This document shows, in pieces, positions 48,556-59,994 of a stretch of 64,000 nt of DNA. The position numbers and the translations under genes are program-made. How positions within the stretch are numbered: the stretch's first letter is position 1; each line of letters begins with the position of its first letter. Origin of the DNA: Gammaproteobacteria bacterium (GTDB taxonomy: Bacteria; Pseudomonadota; Gammaproteobacteria; JBCCGL01); the NCBI GenBank assembly GCA_965277715.1, contig OZ255836.1, forward strand, positions 160,001 to 224,000, given 5' to 3'. The notes under the pieces are model-generated. The model made no database searches. It had not been told where the DNA came from and was given only the letters and a program-made list of their open reading frames with translations.

Positions 48556-49278
48556 ATGCAGCAAAACGTGCGTTTTGTGCTGGTGGAAACATCGCACCCC
48601 GGCAATATCGGTGCCGCCGCCAGGGCGATGAAAAATATGCAGTGCAGTCAGCTTTACCTGGTGCGGCCCCGGTTTTTTCCACACGCCGATGCCACTGCGC
48701 GCGCAGCGGGTGCAGATGATATTCTGGCGCAGGCTCAGGTGTGTGAATCGCTGGAGCAGGCTTTGCAGGGCTGTCATCTGGTGTATGGTGCCTCGGCGCG
48801 ATTGCGCAGTATTGCCTGGCCATTGGAAACCCCGCGCCAGTGTGCCAGTGCTATCGCTGCAAACCGTGAACAAAGCACCCCGGCAATTGTATTTGGTCGC
48901 GAGCGCACGGGCTTGACCAATGAAGAGCTCGATCTATGCCACAAGATGCTGCATATCCCCTGTAACCCGGACTACAGTTCACTCAACATTGCGGCGGCAT
49001 TGCAAGTGGTTGCGTATGAACTCTTTGTGGCAAATGCCGAACCGGAGGTACAAACTGACCACTATGAAACCGGTGAGCGCGCTGCCACGCTTGAAGAAAT
49101 GACGCTGTTTTACGCACACCTTGAGCGCACTATCACCGCAACACAGTTTCTGGACCCGGATAACCCCCGCCAACTGCCGCGTCGTCTACGTCGTTTTTTT
49201 AATCGCAGTAAACCGAGTAACGTGGAGCTTAATATTCTGCGCGGTATTTTAACTTCGGTCGAAAAACACACAGGCTAA
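48556..49278 (+). CDS. trmJ: tRNA (C32/U32-2'-O)-methyltransferase
   Basis: TSHPGNIGAAARAMKNM, FGRERTGL, YSSLN. Confidence 0.95.
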   Translation: MQQNVRFVLVETSHPGNIGAAARAMKNMQCSQLYLVRPRFFPHADATARAAGADDILAQAQVCESLEQALQGCHLVYGASARLRSIAWPLETPRQCASAIAANREQSTPAIVFGRERTGLTNEELDLCHKMLHIPCNPDYSSLNIAAALQVVAYELFVANAEPEVQTDHYETGERAATLEEMTLFYAHLERTITATQFLDPDNPRQLPRRLRRFFNRSKPSNVELNILRGILTSVEKHTG

Positions 49279-49358
49279 GAAAGGCGGTTTTATATTGCCA
49301 GTGGATGTGATCGGCGTAGAATAACCTACTAATTTAGTCAAGTATTTGAGTGGTACAT

Positions 49359-50120
49359 ATGTTCAGTTATTTGAAGGAAGACATTGGGTGTGTTTTTGAC
49401 CGCGACCCCGCATCGAGGAATACGTTTGAAGTCATCACAACGTACCCTGGAGTGCACGCCATTATTTTTTACCGTGTTGCCAACCGACTTTGGCGGTGTG
49501 GTTGCAAGTGGCTGGCCCGCATGGTGTCGCATATTGCGCGTTGGCTGACGGGCATTGAAATTCACCCCGGTGCGACTATTGGGCGGCGGTTTTTTATCGA
49601 CCACGGTATGGGGACAGTGATCGGTGAAACAGCCGAAATAGGTAACGATGTGACGCTCTATCAAGGTGTGACACTGGGTGGTACTTCACCAATGGGCGAT
49701 AAGCGCGGCGATAAGCGCCATCCCACACTTGAAGATGGTGTGATCGTGGGGGCCGGTGCCAAAATACTTGGCCCGTTCAATGTGGGGCGTGGCGCCCGCG
49801 TTGGTTCTAATGCGGTTGTTATCAAGCCTGTTCCGCCCGGTGCTACTGTAGTCGGTATACCTGGGCGGGTCGTTGCGCCTAAATCCGGTACGGAAAAGCG
49901 TGATGCTCTGGCGAGAAAGGTGGGCTTTGATGCCTATGCAACAACACCGGATATGCCCGACCCCGTCGCCAATGCAATCAGCGGCCTGCTGGATCATATC
50001 CAGGCAATGGATAAACGCATGGAAGAGATGTGCTGTGCACTGAAAGCCATGGGTTCGCCTGTGGCAGAACTGCCCCCTTGCGATGTGGTGTTTTCAGAGG
50101 AGACAAATAAAGGTGAATAA
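49359..50120 (+). CDS. cysE: Serine O-acetyltransferase
   Basis: [23 protein letters not shown]. Confidence 0.95.
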   Translation: MFSYLKEDIGCVFDRDPASRNTFEVITTYPGVHAIIFYRVANRLWRCGCKWLARMVSHIARWLTGIEIHPGATIGRRFFIDHGMGTVIGETAEIGNDVTLYQGVTLGGTSPMGDKRGDKRHPTLEDGVIVGAGAKILGPFNVGRGARVGSNAVVIKPVPPGATVVGIPGRVVAPKSGTEKRDALARKVGFDAYATTPDMPDPVANAISGLLDHIQAMDKRMEEMCCALKAMGSPVAELPPCDVVFSEETNKGE

Positions 50121-50221
50121 TGACCGACCGGTGTAGTGCGCCTGGCAAGCCCGTAAAAAACCCCAGCATTGATGAGCACCTCGCTATAATCATTCAACTG
50201 AAAATAAAAAAGCCCTCTTTC

Positions 50222-51415
50222 ATGCCCAGCCATCATACCGACTTTATTTTTATAGACGAACAAGACACGTTCAACGACTTTTGCCAGCGCATAAAAGAAA
50301 ACGAGTGGGTGGCGCTGGATACAGAGTTTATCCGGGAAAAAACCTACTACCCACAACTGTGCCTGGTACAAATTGCGACGCCCAATAGCAGCAAATCCAA
50401 TGGCCAGGTCGCCTGTATTGATACACCGGCTATTAGTGATCTATCGCCCTTTATCGATATTCTGTTAAATCCCAATATCCGCAAAGTACTGCACGCCGGA
50501 TCACAGGATATGGAAATATTCTGCACACTTTGTGGACAGTCTCCCGTCAATGTGTTCGATACACAAATTGCTGCGCCACTGTTTGGCTATCCAGAACAAA
50601 TGGGTTATGCGGCCTTAGTTGAAAAGCGTTTGGGTGTTAATCTGCCAAAAAACCAATCCCGTACCAATTGGGCGGCGCGCCCACTCACGGCAAAACAATT
50701 GCGTTATGCGGCGGATGATGTGGTTTATCTGGCAGAATTATTTCCGGCTATGTATGAAGAGCTGCACACCAAACAGCGCCTCGACTGGCTGCGCGACGAG
50801 TTCGATACACTGTGCAGCACGGATACGTATCAAAAGCCCCCTGAAGATGCATGGCAACGCGTGCGCGGTGTCGACAAACTGCGCGGACATTCGCTGGCTT
50901 TCGCGCAGGCACTCGCTGAGTGGCGGGAAATTGCGGTGCGCAAGCGCGATTTACCCAAGAGCTGGCTATTAAAAGATGACACCATTATCGATATTGCCCG
51001 CTTAAAACCGACATCAGAAAAAGACCTGCAATCACTGCGTGGGCTGGGCCGGTTTGTGAGTGAAAAATACGCTAAAGACATCGTAGCCTTATGCGTTAAA
51101 GCACAATCGTGCCAGCCCAAACCACTGCCTCCACGGTTTGCCAGGCGCAAGCTAAATGCGCGGGAGGATGCATTGACTGATTTACTCAGTGCTGTCGCTA
51201 AACTGTACGCCGATCAACACGCGATCAACCATGCCGTACTGGCCCCGCGCAAGGAGCTGGAAAAACTGGTTATGAGGGAAGATGAATCGCGTGTGCTGAA
51301 TGGCTGGCGCGGGCAGTTTGTCGGGCAGCCACTCCAGCAATTACTGCGTGGTGAGCTGTCATTGTCGGTTGATGTGCAGGGGAAAATAGCACTGCTGGGA
51401 AAATCTGGCATATAG
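50222..51415 (+). CDS. rnd: Ribonuclease D
   Basis: ALDTEFIREKTYYPQLCLVQ, FDTQIAA, YAADDV, HRDC domain. Confidence 0.94.
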   Translation: MPSHHTDFIFIDEQDTFNDFCQRIKENEWVALDTEFIREKTYYPQLCLVQIATPNSSKSNGQVACIDTPAISDLSPFIDILLNPNIRKVLHAGSQDMEIFCTLCGQSPVNVFDTQIAAPLFGYPEQMGYAALVEKRLGVNLPKNQSRTNWAARPLTAKQLRYAADDVVYLAELFPAMYEELHTKQRLDWLRDEFDTLCSTDTYQKPPEDAWQRVRGVDKLRGHSLAFAQALAEWREIAVRKRDLPKSWLLKDDTIIDIARLKPTSEKDLQSLRGLGRFVSEKYAKDIVALCVKAQSCQPKPLPPRFARRKLNAREDALTDLLSAVAKLYADQHAINHAVLAPRKELEKLVMREDESRVLNGWRGQFVGQPLQQLLRGELSLSVDVQGKIALLGKSGI

Positions 51416-51533
51416 CAAAGGAAAACACCCGCTGAGATACCAAAAGAAGTGGTTTTAAACCATCTGTTTCCTGGCTTTCGGGTACAATTTGTATTTTTCG
51501 CGATACGTAAACCGGACAGCAAGAGCCACCACC

Positions 51534-52607
51534 ATGAACGAAGTAAAACTTGAAGACATCAATATTGATGAAGAGCTGGCATTGATTACGCCAGAAGCGC
51601 TACACCGCAATTTCCCATTGAGTGATACGGGCCGCGCTACGGTACAAGCGGGGCGCCAGGAGATTGAAGCAATTCTCGATCGCAAAGACCACCGTCTGAT
51701 TGTCGTTGCCGGGCCTTGCTCAATCCACGATGTGACGGCTGCCCACGAATACGCGGGCCGTTTATTGGCGCTGCGCGAGGCATTGGGGGATACGCTGTGT
51801 ATTGTTATGCGGGTTTACTTTGAAAAACCGCGCACCACTGTCGGCTGGAAAGGGTTGATCAATGACCCACGGCTCGATGGTTCTTTTCGCATTGAAGAAG
51901 GCTTGCAGACAGCCCGTGAGTTACTGGTGTCGCTGGCCGATCAGGGCATGCCCACGGGCACCGAAGTACTCGACCCGATCAGCCCGCAATACCTCGACGA
52001 TTTGTTCAGTTGGTCGGCCATCGGCGCCCGTACCACCGAGTCGCAAACCCACCGTGAAATTGCCAGTGGCCTATCGACCCCGGTCGGGTTTAAAAATGGC
52101 ACCGATGGTGGCCTTGGTGTGGCGATTAATGCGATGGAGTCCGCCGCCAGTGGGCATAGCTTTCTGGGCATTAATCATGCGGGTAAGGTATCGGTTATTC
52201 GCACGGCGGGAAACCCCCACGGCCATGTGATTTTGCGTGGCGGCAGGAAACCTAACTACGATTCGGTGAATGTGACACTGTGCGAGCAGGCGCTGGAAAA
52301 AGCCGGTTTGCCCGGTAATATTATTGTCGATTGCAGTCACGCCAACTCGCACAAAAAACCTGAGCTGCAACCCCTGGTGGCTGAAAATGTCGCCAATCAG
52401 ATTCTCGATGGCAATCGCTCGATTGTCGGTATTATGCTGGAGAGTCATTTGCAGGCAGGTGCACAAAAAATACCCGCAGAAGGGGTGTCTGGATTGCAAT
52501 ACGGTATGTCGATCACCGATGGTTGCATCGATTGGGATACAACGGAGAAAGCGTTGCGCGATCTCTCCAATAAAGTGGCTGGTGCGTTAAAGTCCCGCAT
52601 TGTTTAG
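51534..52607 (+). CDS. Class I DAHP synthase (AroF/G/H family)
   Basis: GPCSIHD, EKPRTTVGWKG, IGARTTESQ, DCSHAN. Confidence 0.95.
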   Translation: MNEVKLEDINIDEELALITPEALHRNFPLSDTGRATVQAGRQEIEAILDRKDHRLIVVAGPCSIHDVTAAHEYAGRLLALREALGDTLCIVMRVYFEKPRTTVGWKGLINDPRLDGSFRIEEGLQTARELLVSLADQGMPTGTEVLDPISPQYLDDLFSWSAIGARTTESQTHREIASGLSTPVGFKNGTDGGLGVAINAMESAASGHSFLGINHAGKVSVIRTAGNPHGHVILRGGRKPNYDSVNVTLCEQALEKAGLPGNIIVDCSHANSHKKPELQPLVAENVANQILDGNRSIVGIMLESHLQAGAQKIPAEGVSGLQYGMSITDGCIDWDTTEKALRDLSNKVAGALKSRIV

Positions 52608-53080
52608 TGTTCTGGCGGGTGTAATTGTTTGCGCATGTAAATCCGCTGGTAGCCTTTAACTGTTTTGCGCTCAAACGCGCTGTATCCCCGCTTCTCGTAG
52701 TAGGGGATGTTTTCTGTCATTCGTTCGTGGGTGTACAGCTCGATATGCTGAAAACCTCGCCTGCCCGCTTCGCTTTCTGCCAGGTTTAGCAGTTGCTGAC
52801 CAATACCCGCACCCTGCATAGCGGGGTCGACGGCGACATTATCGAGTAGCAGGCCATCTGCTGTTTGTATAAGTACCAGCACGCCGACAATAGACGCCTG
52901 ATTATCGATAGGGCTATCAATCACAAAAACACTGTGCTGCTGGATGACCTCGGTGTAGTTATCCAGCATCGGCCCCGGTGGCTTACCGATGCGTTCAATG
53001 TAATGTGAATAGGCGCGCTCAACGCAGTGGGCTACCCCGTCTGCATCGTCGGCGGTTGCTGTGCGTATTGGAAATGTCAT
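52604..53080 (-). CDS. GNAT N-acetyltransferase
   Basis: NVAVDP.MQG.GIG motif A. Confidence 0.88.
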   Translation of the reverse strand: MTFPIRTATADDADGVAHCVERAYSHYIERIGKPPGPMLDNYTEVIQQHSVFVIDSPIDNQASIVGVLVLIQTADGLLLDNVAVDPAMQGAGIGQQLLNLAESEAGRRGFQHIELYTHERMTENIPYYEKRGYSAFERKTVKGYQRIYMRKQLHPPEH

Positions 53081-53115
53081 TGAACCCTCCATCGTCACCT
53101 CTATTGCCTGAACCG

Positions 53116-53430
53116 TTACCCTATCCACTGCAAGAGTAAAAACAGCGCCATACCGGGCACAATCGTCAACAGCAGATTGCGTGTTTTCCAGGCGATTACG
53201 ACCGATGCACAGGTCGCCAATAAAAAGGGGTTGTCAACACTGATGGCCCATTCACCGTTGCGGGTCAGCGCCATTGGCATAACAATGGCGCTCAACACGG
53301 CTACGGGCACAAACGTTAAGGCATTTAATACAGCGGCAGGCAGTTGTGCACGGCTCAATAGGGCGAGTACCGGGTAGCGCACGCCAAATGTGACTAATAG
53401 CATACCGATGATCAATAACCACTCGTTCAC
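53116..53430 (-). CDS. AzlD-family membrane protein
   Basis: Small hydrophobic ORF overlapping an AzlC gene; GTG start. Confidence 0.85.
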   Translation of the reverse strand: MNEWLLIIGMLLVTFGVRYPVLALLSRAQLPAAVLNALTFVPVAVLSAIVMPMALTRNGEWAISVDNPFLLATCASVVIAWKTRNLLLTIVPGMALFLLLQWIG

Positions 53431-54134
53431 GATTCTACCTTTCTGTTCATTAAATAACCCACTGTAACCCCTGCCAGTGCACCGAGCATTAGGCCAAGCT
53501 GGTGTGGCAGGTCACGCAGTAAACAGGCTGTTATTCCCGCTACCAGGGCGCAGGCTAACATGGGCCTGGAAACCAGCATCGGCACGACAATGCCAATAAA
53601 TGACACGACCATCGCGAATTCCAACCCCCACTCGGCGATACCCTGTAGTTGTTGACCGGCGACAATGCCCAGTGCGGTACACAACTGCCAATTGGTGTAC
53701 ATAGCCAGTGCTGAGCCGAGAAAGTACCAGTGTTTGAAAGGGGCAGAATCTTTTTGCCGGTAGCGGTTGATGACGACGGCATAGGTTTCATCGGTCAGCC
53801 AAAAACCCAGGGGCAACAGCCAGCGCTGTGGCAGTTGCCGGGTATAGGGAGCGAGTGAGGCGCTGTATAACGCGTGGCGCAAATTGACAATGAGCGTTGT
53901 CAGTACAATCAAGGCGACACCGGTGCCCTGCGCGATCAGCCCGGTGGCGACAAATTGCGAAGAACCGGCAAATACAAACAATGACATGCCCATAGTGGCC
54001 AGGGGTGATAAACCACTGGCAATGGCCAGTGCACCAAAAATGATGCCGAATGGCATTGCGCCCACCAGTAGCGGTACGGTGTCGCGGGTTCCCTGGCACA
54101 ATTCGTTACGGCGTGATGGCGTGGGTGTGGTCAT
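53427..54134 (-). CDS. AzlC-family branched-chain amino acid exporter
   Basis: [21 protein letters not shown]. Confidence 0.92.
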   Translation of the reverse strand: MTTPTPSRRNELCQGTRDTVPLLVGAMPFGIIFGALAIASGLSPLATMGMSLFVFAGSSQFVATGLIAQGTGVALIVLTTLIVNLRHALYSASLAPYTRQLPQRWLLPLGFWLTDETYAVVINRYRQKDSAPFKHWYFLGSALAMYTNWQLCTALGIVAGQQLQGIAEWGLEFAMVVSFIGIVVPMLVSRPMLACALVAGITACLLRDLPHQLGLMLGALAGVTVGYLMNRKVES

Positions 54135-54322
54135 TAATAGCGGGTAAACTGAGGGTAAAAACGTGTGGGCGTATTGTGCCTGTTAGCGGTGTCTGGAAGA
54201 AGTATTTTTACGCGCCTCACTATTTTCATTGCATCTGATGCCATGTATTTACCCGTATGCGAGTTAATACACAGAGACTAAAGTCAGTTATCATTCGCTT
54301 TTTGTTTAATAGTGGAACGGGA

Positions 54323-55162
54323 ATGCGCGCACTCACTGAAGTCAACCGGGTAAAAATGTGTGAAGGCTGGTTAATCACCTGCGAACACGAATCGACCAGC
54401 AATCAATGCACTATGCGGTTTTCGGTGTATTTGCCACCACAGGCTGAGCAGGTAAACGTGCCGGGGCTTTACTTTCTCTCTGGCCTCACGTGTACCGATG
54501 AGAATGTGATGGTTAAAGCTGGCGCCCAGCGCTATGCCGCCGAGCACGGTATCGCTTTGATAGCACCGGATACCAGCCCACGCGGTGATGCAGTGCCCGA
54601 TGATGCCGATGCCTATGATTATGGCAAGGGTGCCGGTTTCTATGTCAATGCCACTCAGGCGCCCTGGGCAGATAACTACCAGATGTACGACTATGTGGTC
54701 TCCGAGTTACCGGCGTTGATCGAAAGTGAGCTGCCGATTAACAGCAGGCGCTCCGTTACCGGGCATTCGATGGGGGGGCACGGTGCGTTGGTTGTCGCCT
54801 TGCGCAACCCGGGTATGTACCAGTCGGTATCGGCATTTTCGCCGATTTGTGCGCCGACACAATGCCCCTGGGGTGAGAAAATTTTCTCGGGTTATCTCGG
54901 CAGTGTCGAGGCTGGGGCCACCTACGATGCGGTGCAGTTAGTTGCCAGGGCAGAGGAAAAACTGCCCCTGTTGATCGACCAGGGGGATGATGATGAGTTT
55001 CTGGCGGAGCAGTTAAAACCGGCGTTACTGGAGGCGATGTGTCAGCGGCATAATCATCCACTGAATTTGCGTATGCAGCGCGGTTACGATCACAGTTATT
55101 TCTTTATACATACATTTATTGGCGACCATATTGCGTATCATGCGGCGGCGTTGTGTGGGTAG
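54323..55162 (+). CDS. fghA: S-formylglutathione hydrolase
   Basis: LSGLTC, GHSMGGHGA, YDHSYFF. Confidence 0.92.
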   Translation: MRALTEVNRVKMCEGWLITCEHESTSNQCTMRFSVYLPPQAEQVNVPGLYFLSGLTCTDENVMVKAGAQRYAAEHGIALIAPDTSPRGDAVPDDADAYDYGKGAGFYVNATQAPWADNYQMYDYVVSELPALIESELPINSRRSVTGHSMGGHGALVVALRNPGMYQSVSAFSPICAPTQCPWGEKIFSGYLGSVEAGATYDAVQLVARAEEKLPLLIDQGDDDEFLAEQLKPALLEAMCQRHNHPLNLRMQRGYDHSYFFIHTFIGDHIAYHAAALCG

Positions 55163-55304
55163 TTAAGGAATGTGCGCGAAATAACTTTCGGGATTCGTAA
55201 ATGCATCGATTTACCTTATAACTGAGTTGGCTTCAGTGTGTTACTGACAAATAACTCATTGTTTAAATAATATTATAAAAACGGAATTTATTTCGTGCCT
55301 ATTC

Positions 55305-56486
55305 CTAAGAGTAAAAATTCCCACGGGTTCCCTTGTCCCACCACTTCATCAAAACCGTATCCAGGGTGCTTTGCACGGCAATGCCCAGCTTTTCCGGTAG
55401 CGATTGCTTTTCGACGTATTTGACGGCAAATACATCGGATACATCACACGCTTTGGCAATGTATTCATCGCTGGTGATCAACTCATCAACCAACGCCTGA
55501 TCGATTGCCCGCTGACCAAACCAAACATCGCCATTGGCGACGGCATCAATATCCAATTGCGGGCGGTGCTGGGTGACAAAGGCTTTAAATAGCTGGTGAA
55601 CGTCCTCTATATCCTCGATAAATTTCTCGCGCCCCTTTTCGGTGTTTTCACCAAACATCGTCAGGGTGCGCTTGTGTTCACCGGCGGTGATCATTTCAAA
55701 GTCCACATTGTGTTTTTTCAGTAGGCGGTGAAAATTGGGTAACTGGGCGACCACCCCAATAGAACCGATAATAGCAAAGGGTGCGGCCAGTAGTTTGTTG
55801 GCAACGCACGCCATCATATACCCACCGCTGGCGGCCACTTTGTCGACGCACACGGTGAGTGGCACGCCGCGATCTTTAATGCGTTGCAGTTGCGATGATG
55901 CCAAACCATAGGTGTGCACCATGCCGCCGCCGCTCTCCAGGCGTACCACCACCTCATCATGGGCCTGGGCAAGTGACAGTACGGCGGTAATTTCGCGGCG
56001 CAAACTGGACACTTCTGAGGCTTTAATATCGCCATCAAAATCGAGAACGAAAACCCGTGGCTTTGTACCGTCACCGGCCTTGTTATCCGTTTTAGCATCA
56101 GTATCAGCACTCTGGTCACCTGATGGGTTATCGTCTGCTGACTTATCATCGACGACTTTACTGTTTTCAGCCTTATTATTGGGTGCCTGGCCACTTTTGG
56201 CGAGTTTCTTGAGTGCCTTTTTGCGCGCTTTACGTTCAGCCTTTTCTTCGTTTTTCTTTTGTTTGGCCTGTAACTTATAGGTATCTACATCGATGACTGT
56301 GGCATTGAGGGTTTCGCGCATATAGTCAATTTCATCATTGACCATCGTCACCTCAATATGCCCTTGTGGTGATTTTTTAGCCCGTGCACCGATAGCAATT
56401 GAAACACTCACCACCGCTAAAATGGCAATAACAACGGTTATCGACTTGATAGCGAATAAACCATAATCAAAAAAGAACTCAGCCAT
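55305..56486 (-). CDS. sohB: Protease SohB (S49)
   Basis: LESGGGMVHTYGLASSQL, DKVAASGGYMMACVA. Confidence 0.94.
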   Translation of the reverse strand: MAEFFFDYGLFAIKSITVVIAILAVVSVSIAIGARAKKSPQGHIEVTMVNDEIDYMRETLNATVIDVDTYKLQAKQKKNEEKAERKARKKALKKLAKSGQAPNNKAENSKVVDDKSADDNPSGDQSADTDAKTDNKAGDGTKPRVFVLDFDGDIKASEVSSLRREITAVLSLAQAHDEVVVRLESGGGMVHTYGLASSQLQRIKDRGVPLTVCVDKVAASGGYMMACVANKLLAAPFAIIGSIGVVAQLPNFHRLLKKHNVDFEMITAGEHKRTLTMFGENTEKGREKFIEDIEDVHQLFKAFVTQHRPQLDIDAVANGDVWFGQRAIDQALVDELITSDEYIAKACDVSDVFAVKYVEKQSLPEKLGIAVQSTLDTVLMKWWDKGTRGNFYS

Positions 56487-56556
56487 GTATTTTCTCCAGT
56501 GTCTTTCGGCTAATCGGCGTGCATGATACCCGGGCGCGCCCATGCATGAAACATAA

Positions 56557-58716
56557 TCAATAGGTTATTTCCCAGCAGCGGTGTATACGCGGGTTGCGGG
56601 CGAAATCACGCGGTACGGTTTGTTTGCTGATTTCCCGGCAGGAAAAATGGCTTTCGACGGCACTGTCGAGCTTGAACCGCTGTCGGTTGGTGGAGAAGAG
56701 TAAGCGGCCGCCGTCATTTAAACGCGCCATCGTACAGGCGATCAGGTCCGCGTGATCGCGTTGTACATCCCAGCTAGTGGACATGTTTTTTGAATTGGAA
56801 AAAGTCGGTGGATCTAACAATATCACATCGTACTGCTGTTCTTCGGGGGCCTGATTTAACCAGGCGAGGCAGTCGGCGCGAATAAACGTGTATTTATCCC
56901 CCGACAAACCGTTGAGTGCAAAATTTCTTTTTGCCCAGTCGAGGTAGGTCGATGACATATCCACGGTGGTAACATGGCGGGCGCCCCCTTTTGCCGCGTG
57001 CACACTGGCGGCGCCCGTGTAAGCGAACAGATTGAGCACACGCTTTCCCGCCGCGAGGGCGTGAATTTTCCGGCGTACCTTGCGGTGATCCAGAAATAGA
57101 CCACAGTCGTGGTAGTCGGCCATGTTTACCAGTAGTTGGCAGTCGGCCTCCGCCACGGCGTGATACTGCCCGCGCCGGGCAAGCTTTTGGTATTGTTCGC
57201 TGCCCCGCTGGCGTGTGCGCACTTTTAAGTAAATTTGGCGGGGGTCGCAGTTCAGGGTAGTTGGGATAACCGCCATAATGTTCTGCAGGCGTTGCTCAGC
57301 CCGCTGTGCATCGACGGTTTTTGGTGCGGCATATTCCTGCACATGGACACGCAGTATGGCGTCCTGGCCTGGGTAGAGGTCGATTGCCACGGCGTACTCG
57401 GGCAAGTCGGCATCGTAAACGCGGTAGCAGTGCACACCGGCACTCTTTGCCCAGGCGCCCAGGGATTTGAGGTTTTTTGCCAGCCGGTTGGCAAACATGG
57501 TCGCCCCATCCGTGGTTGCATGGTGCTCCTGTGTATCGGTGGCATTGGTGGGCGTTGAGGTATCCACCTTATAGCATTGCAGTTTGCAGGCAATTTCCCC
57601 ATTGTTGAGGTTCTTTGAGGCGTTTGTCGTCAGCTTTAAACGGTGAGCCATCGCGGGGTTGCCGGTAAATACGGCGGCGTGCCAGCCGGGGTGCTTACGT
57701 ATCGTCCGGCCCAGGGCGGAATAAAGTTTCCCCAGGCCCGTCTCGGCGTCCATGCGTTTGCCGTAGGGCGGATTGACCACGAGCAAACCGGTACTGGACA
57801 AGGTCTTTGGGGTGTAGGTTTCGATGTTACCCCTCGTCACTTGAATGTGCTCGCCAAGGCCGATGTTGGCGATATTGTTGTTGGCAATGCCAACGGCCCG
57901 GGCATCGATGTCAACGCCGTAAATAGCAGGCAGCGACGATATCCCGGTGTCTCTGCGTTGCGTTGCGTCCTCGCGCAATGCCTGCCATAGCGTGGCATCG
58001 TGCTGACGCCAGCCGATAAACCCGTAGTGGCTGCGCTTGAGGCCGGGGGCAATATCGGCGGCCATCATCGCCGCTTCAATCAACAGTGTGCCCGAGCCAC
58101 ACATAGGGTCGATCAGGCTGCCGCCCTGCCTGGCAATAGCGGGCCAGTCGGCAAACAGCAATATTGCCGCCGCCAGGTTCTCCTTTAAGGGCGCGCCGCC
58201 GTCGGACTGTCGGTACGCCCGTCGATGCAGGCTGCCACCTGATAAGTCCAGGCTCAGGCGCAGGCGATTGCGAAACAGGTAGGCATTAATGCGTAGATCG
58301 GGTCGTTCGCGGTCGACGCTGGGGCGCTCACCATCAATCGCACGAAACTGATCGACAATCGCGTCTTTTATCCGTTGTGCAGCGAAGTGTGTGTGGGTAA
58401 TCGTGGATTTGGCGCTGTGCACATTCACCGCCAGCGTCGAGGCGGCACTCATGTGCGCTGACCAGTCCAGTGCACGCACACCGTTGTACAGTGACTGTTC
58501 GTCTGCTGCGGGAAATGCAGCAATGGGTAACAAAATGCGGTTGGCCAATCGTGACCACAGGCAGGCCCGGTAGGCAATGGTTAAATTGCCCGCAAATGAC
58601 ACACCTGCACTGCCAGGTGACACCTGCCGGGCGCCAAGCTGTTTGAGCTCTGTTACCAGTAGTGGCTCCATGCCTTTGGGGGTGGTGGCAAAATAGCTGT
58701 GCTCAATCACTCTCAA
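56557..58716 (-). CDS. rlmKL: Bifunctional 23S rRNA methyltransferase RlmKL
   Basis: THUMP domain, APLKENLAA, DPMCGSGT, NPPYG, YRVYDAD, DPPTFSNSK. Confidence 0.95.
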   Translation of the reverse strand: MRVIEHSYFATTPKGMEPLLVTELKQLGARQVSPGSAGVSFAGNLTIAYRACLWSRLANRILLPIAAFPAADEQSLYNGVRALDWSAHMSAASTLAVNVHSAKSTITHTHFAAQRIKDAIVDQFRAIDGERPSVDRERPDLRINAYLFRNRLRLSLDLSGGSLHRRAYRQSDGGAPLKENLAAAILLFADWPAIARQGGSLIDPMCGSGTLLIEAAMMAADIAPGLKRSHYGFIGWRQHDATLWQALREDATQRRDTGISSLPAIYGVDIDARAVGIANNNIANIGLGEHIQVTRGNIETYTPKTLSSTGLLVVNPPYGKRMDAETGLGKLYSALGRTIRKHPGWHAAVFTGNPAMAHRLKLTTNASKNLNNGEIACKLQCYKVDTSTPTNATDTQEHHATTDGATMFANRLAKNLKSLGAWAKSAGVHCYRVYDADLPEYAVAIDLYPGQDAILRVHVQEYAAPKTVDAQRAEQRLQNIMAVIPTTLNCDPRQIYLKVRTRQRGSEQYQKLARRGQYHAVAEADCQLLVNMADYHDCGLFLDHRKVRRKIHALAAGKRVLNLFAYTGAASVHAAKGGARHVTTVDMSSTYLDWAKRNFALNGLSGDKYTFIRADCLAWLNQAPEEQQYDVILLDPPTFSNSKNMSTSWDVQRDHADLIACTMARLNDGGRLLFSTNRQRFKLDSAVESHFSCREISKQTVPRDFARNPRIHRCWEITY

Positions 58717-59009
58717 AACCCCAGCAAAGTAGCTTGTAGGGGGAAACGAACGCCGGTAACAACACTCTCATTGTGATTCAACTGATTAACCAGGATTTAA
58801 ACGACGGATAATATCACTTCACTGTCTACAGATTCGACCTATACTCAAAAGCTTGCAGGCAAATACAGGGTGCCTACACAGGCATTTTTCGCCGTATTAA
58901 TGAAAAGTGGGTAATGTGTCGTGATATATTTTTACTTTAGAATCGATATGCCGTTTTTATTGCGTAAAAAATTTTATAGCTACTTCTCCCGATGAGAAAA
59001 TAAACAACC

Positions 59010-59441
59010 ATGTCAGACAAACACGATCAAAAACCAGGCACTGGCAGTACAAAAACGGATAAGGAAACAGACAGCCTATACAATCTTGATACCAGTGGTC
59101 TGTCACTCATGTCGAACCACTCTGACCAAAAGCCTGTTGCCCCTGCTACTGATGAGGCAAGCGAGCCTGAATCTGCCAATGATGCGCTTGAATTTGATGC
59201 GCCGGATCTTGCGCTGTTGCCTACCGATTTTGTCGAGGAAGCACCTGAAATACTCCCCGGACAATTTACTGAACACGATAAAACCCTGAAAACCCTTGAG
59301 GAAAAATGGAAGCGGTTTGACCGTCGAAAAATCGTTCGCCGTCAGTGCCCTGATAGGCGCCAGGATATACGCTTTGGTGGCCGGGATCGCCGCCTGGCTA
59401 AATTTGACCGGCGGCGCAGTAAGCGTGGCTTTCTTGGCTAG
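59010..59441 (+). CDS. Hypothetical protein, acidic N-half and repeated DRR motifs at C-terminus
   Basis: 143-aa ATG ORF; DRR occurs four times. Confidence 0.6.
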   Translation: MSDKHDQKPGTGSTKTDKETDSLYNLDTSGLSLMSNHSDQKPVAPATDEASEPESANDALEFDAPDLALLPTDFVEEAPEILPGQFTEHDKTLKTLEEKWKRFDRRKIVRRQCPDRRQDIRFGGRDRRLAKFDRRRSKRGFLG

Positions 59442-59506
59442 ACCCCATGTATTGGCTTGTGTGCAAGTCAATACATGGGGTTTAGAAAACGCTGTTTAGC
59501 GTCTGT

Positions 59507-59725
59507 TTATGCATTATCAGGGTCAATACCTGCCCGCTCCAGCAAAGTACGTAAACGGGCTTGCTCTTGTAGTGCGATTTTCTCGCCTTTTATTGCCGCT
59601 TGCTCCGATTTCAACGCACGATCCAGCAACGATTGCCGCGTCCTTTCTTCACGGATAGCATTTTGTTGGGATCGATACAGATGGTAGTTTTTTTCCTGCT
59701 CAGAAAAGCGTTTCAATATAGACAT
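59507..59725 (-). CDS. Stand-alone Rpn C-terminal-like domain (RpnS-like)
   Basis: (MRQA)MSILKRFSEQEKNYHLY...RLRTLLERAGIDP; GAGG 6 nt before the ATG. Confidence 0.55.
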   Translation of the reverse strand: MSILKRFSEQEKNYHLYRSQQNAIREERTRQSLLDRALKSEQAAIKGEKIALQEQARLRTLLERAGIDPDNA

Positions 59726-59822
59726 GGCTTGCCTCATTTTTCTATATATCAAAATGCCACGCTGGTAAATAACCTGGCGGCATTATACGGCTCGTAGCGA
59801 TAGTTATTTGCCTCAACTACTG

Positions 59823-59994
59823 GGGTGTTCTCAATTACCTGGGCGAGATCTATTGCAAGGTCTTTTTTGTGCTGGCAAGGTGCAATGAAGCATAATAGTG
59901 GTTCTATTACAACGAATTGCAACGCAGTCAGCGCAAAAAATGACTCAAATAGGTCTTTCCCCCCGCTACGAGCGCCTAAACCCGACAGGCTCCT
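59823..59994. mobile_element. MITE-like remnant
   Basis: End AACCCGACAGGCTCCT identical to 47117-47132; internal palindrome AATAG..CTATT; left boundary approximate. Confidence 0.45.
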
